IMG/VR virus record: IMGVR_UViG_3300030380_002570
Direction: 5' to 3' (one strand)
From: an uncultured virus (IMG/VR IMGVR_UViG_3300030380_002570)
Lineage: Duplodnaviria > Heunggongvirae > Uroviricota > Caudoviricetes
DNA: 64,000 nt
Both the position numbers and the translations under genes were made by a program. Below are positions 63,558-64,000 of this stretch, piece after piece (position 1 is the first letter of the stretch; each line of letters begins with the position of its first letter). The notes under the pieces were generated by a model. The model was given only the letters and a program-made list of their open reading frames with translations, ran no database searches and was not told the origin of the DNA.

Positions 63558-64000
63558 TTAAATGCCAGTTGTCGTGGCAGTGGTTTGTGAATCGAAACGC
63601 GCATTTGGAGAGTTGTAGTGTGAGTTAATTCGCACAACCAAGCCAATACCTGCGGCTGCGAAATCACTGTTGGCTTCGTCATCGACGATACCCATGATTT
63701 TCAGCGGCAGAGTAGCCGTTGTAGCGATTGATGACACTGACAACGCTGAGTTAGAGCGTCCGGTATCCGTGCTGCCCGTTCGAGCAGACGTGCCAAGGCT
63801 AGCATTCGCAAAAACACCCGTTAGAGCAGTAGCTCTGTCGGTGATTGATGCGTCAGTAGCAACTTGGAAAGTTTGCATCGGGTTGTCTGCAACGAGAGCT
63901 TTGACGGGGTGATTTGTGTCAACGCTAACGCTAGCTGAACCGGGCCAGTAGTTTAAATAAACAGGCTTCTTACTTACTGAATCCATGTACTGAATTCCCA
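63558..64000 (-). CDS. Capsid decoration protein, copy B (5' end beyond the window)
   Basis: LPLKI-x-x-x-VD motif shared with 5189-5767. Confidence 0.6.
   Translation of the reverse strand, partial: GIQYMDSVSKKPVYLNYWPGSASVSVDTNHPVKALVADNPMQTFQVATDASITDRATALTGVFANASLGTSARTGSTDTGRSNSALSVSSIATTATLPLKIMGIVDDEANSDFAAAGIGLVVRINSHYNSPNARFDSQTTATTTGI

Larger units (their letters stand above)
57274..64000 (-). mobile_element. Second, diverged head/neck module (related phage, probably chimeric join)
   Basis: Homologs of most genes at 1-5767 and of 10395-11445; near-identical for the first ~0.5 kb, then clearly diverged. Confidence 0.8.

Noticed and set aside
1..64000. tRNA genes, reverse transcriptase/DGR/retron, integrase, alternative genetic code
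   Set aside because: No tRNA cloverleaf, RT or recombinase motifs noticed by eye; core genes are intact in the standard code. A tRNAscan and HMM run would be needed to be certain.

Overview
The window holds an essentially complete ~57.3-kb tailed dsDNA phage genome (podovirus-like: terminase, portal, GroES, scaffold, major capsid, tail-tube and ejection proteins, no tape measure or integrase recognised). Its spanins imply a Gram-negative host. From 57274 onward there is a second, diverged copy of the head/neck module, most likely a related phage joined in a chimeric scaffold; two N gaps show this is a scaffold. Layout: minus-strand late genes (1-14589 and 29671-57265), a plus-strand early region (14.9-23.1 kb) and replication/recombination genes (23.2-29.7 kb). 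The most striking signals are: (1) a ~400-nt highly base-paired non-coding element with two duplicated modules at the head of the early operon, followed by two hammerhead ribozymes that bracket an ardC cassette; (2) a small out-of-frame gene with its own Shine-Dalgarno nested in a 2736-aa polyvalent virion protein; (3) a Thr/Ser-rich protein whose halves are mirror-complementary (Phe opposite Arg/Lys/Gln), followed by two glycosyltransferase-like genes; (4) a radical SAM + Coq4-like + 2OG-Fe(II) cassette inside the lysis module; (5) arrays of the palindrome AGAACGTTCT in front of terL and the primase-helicase. All family assignments come from motif recognition by eye; no searches were run.
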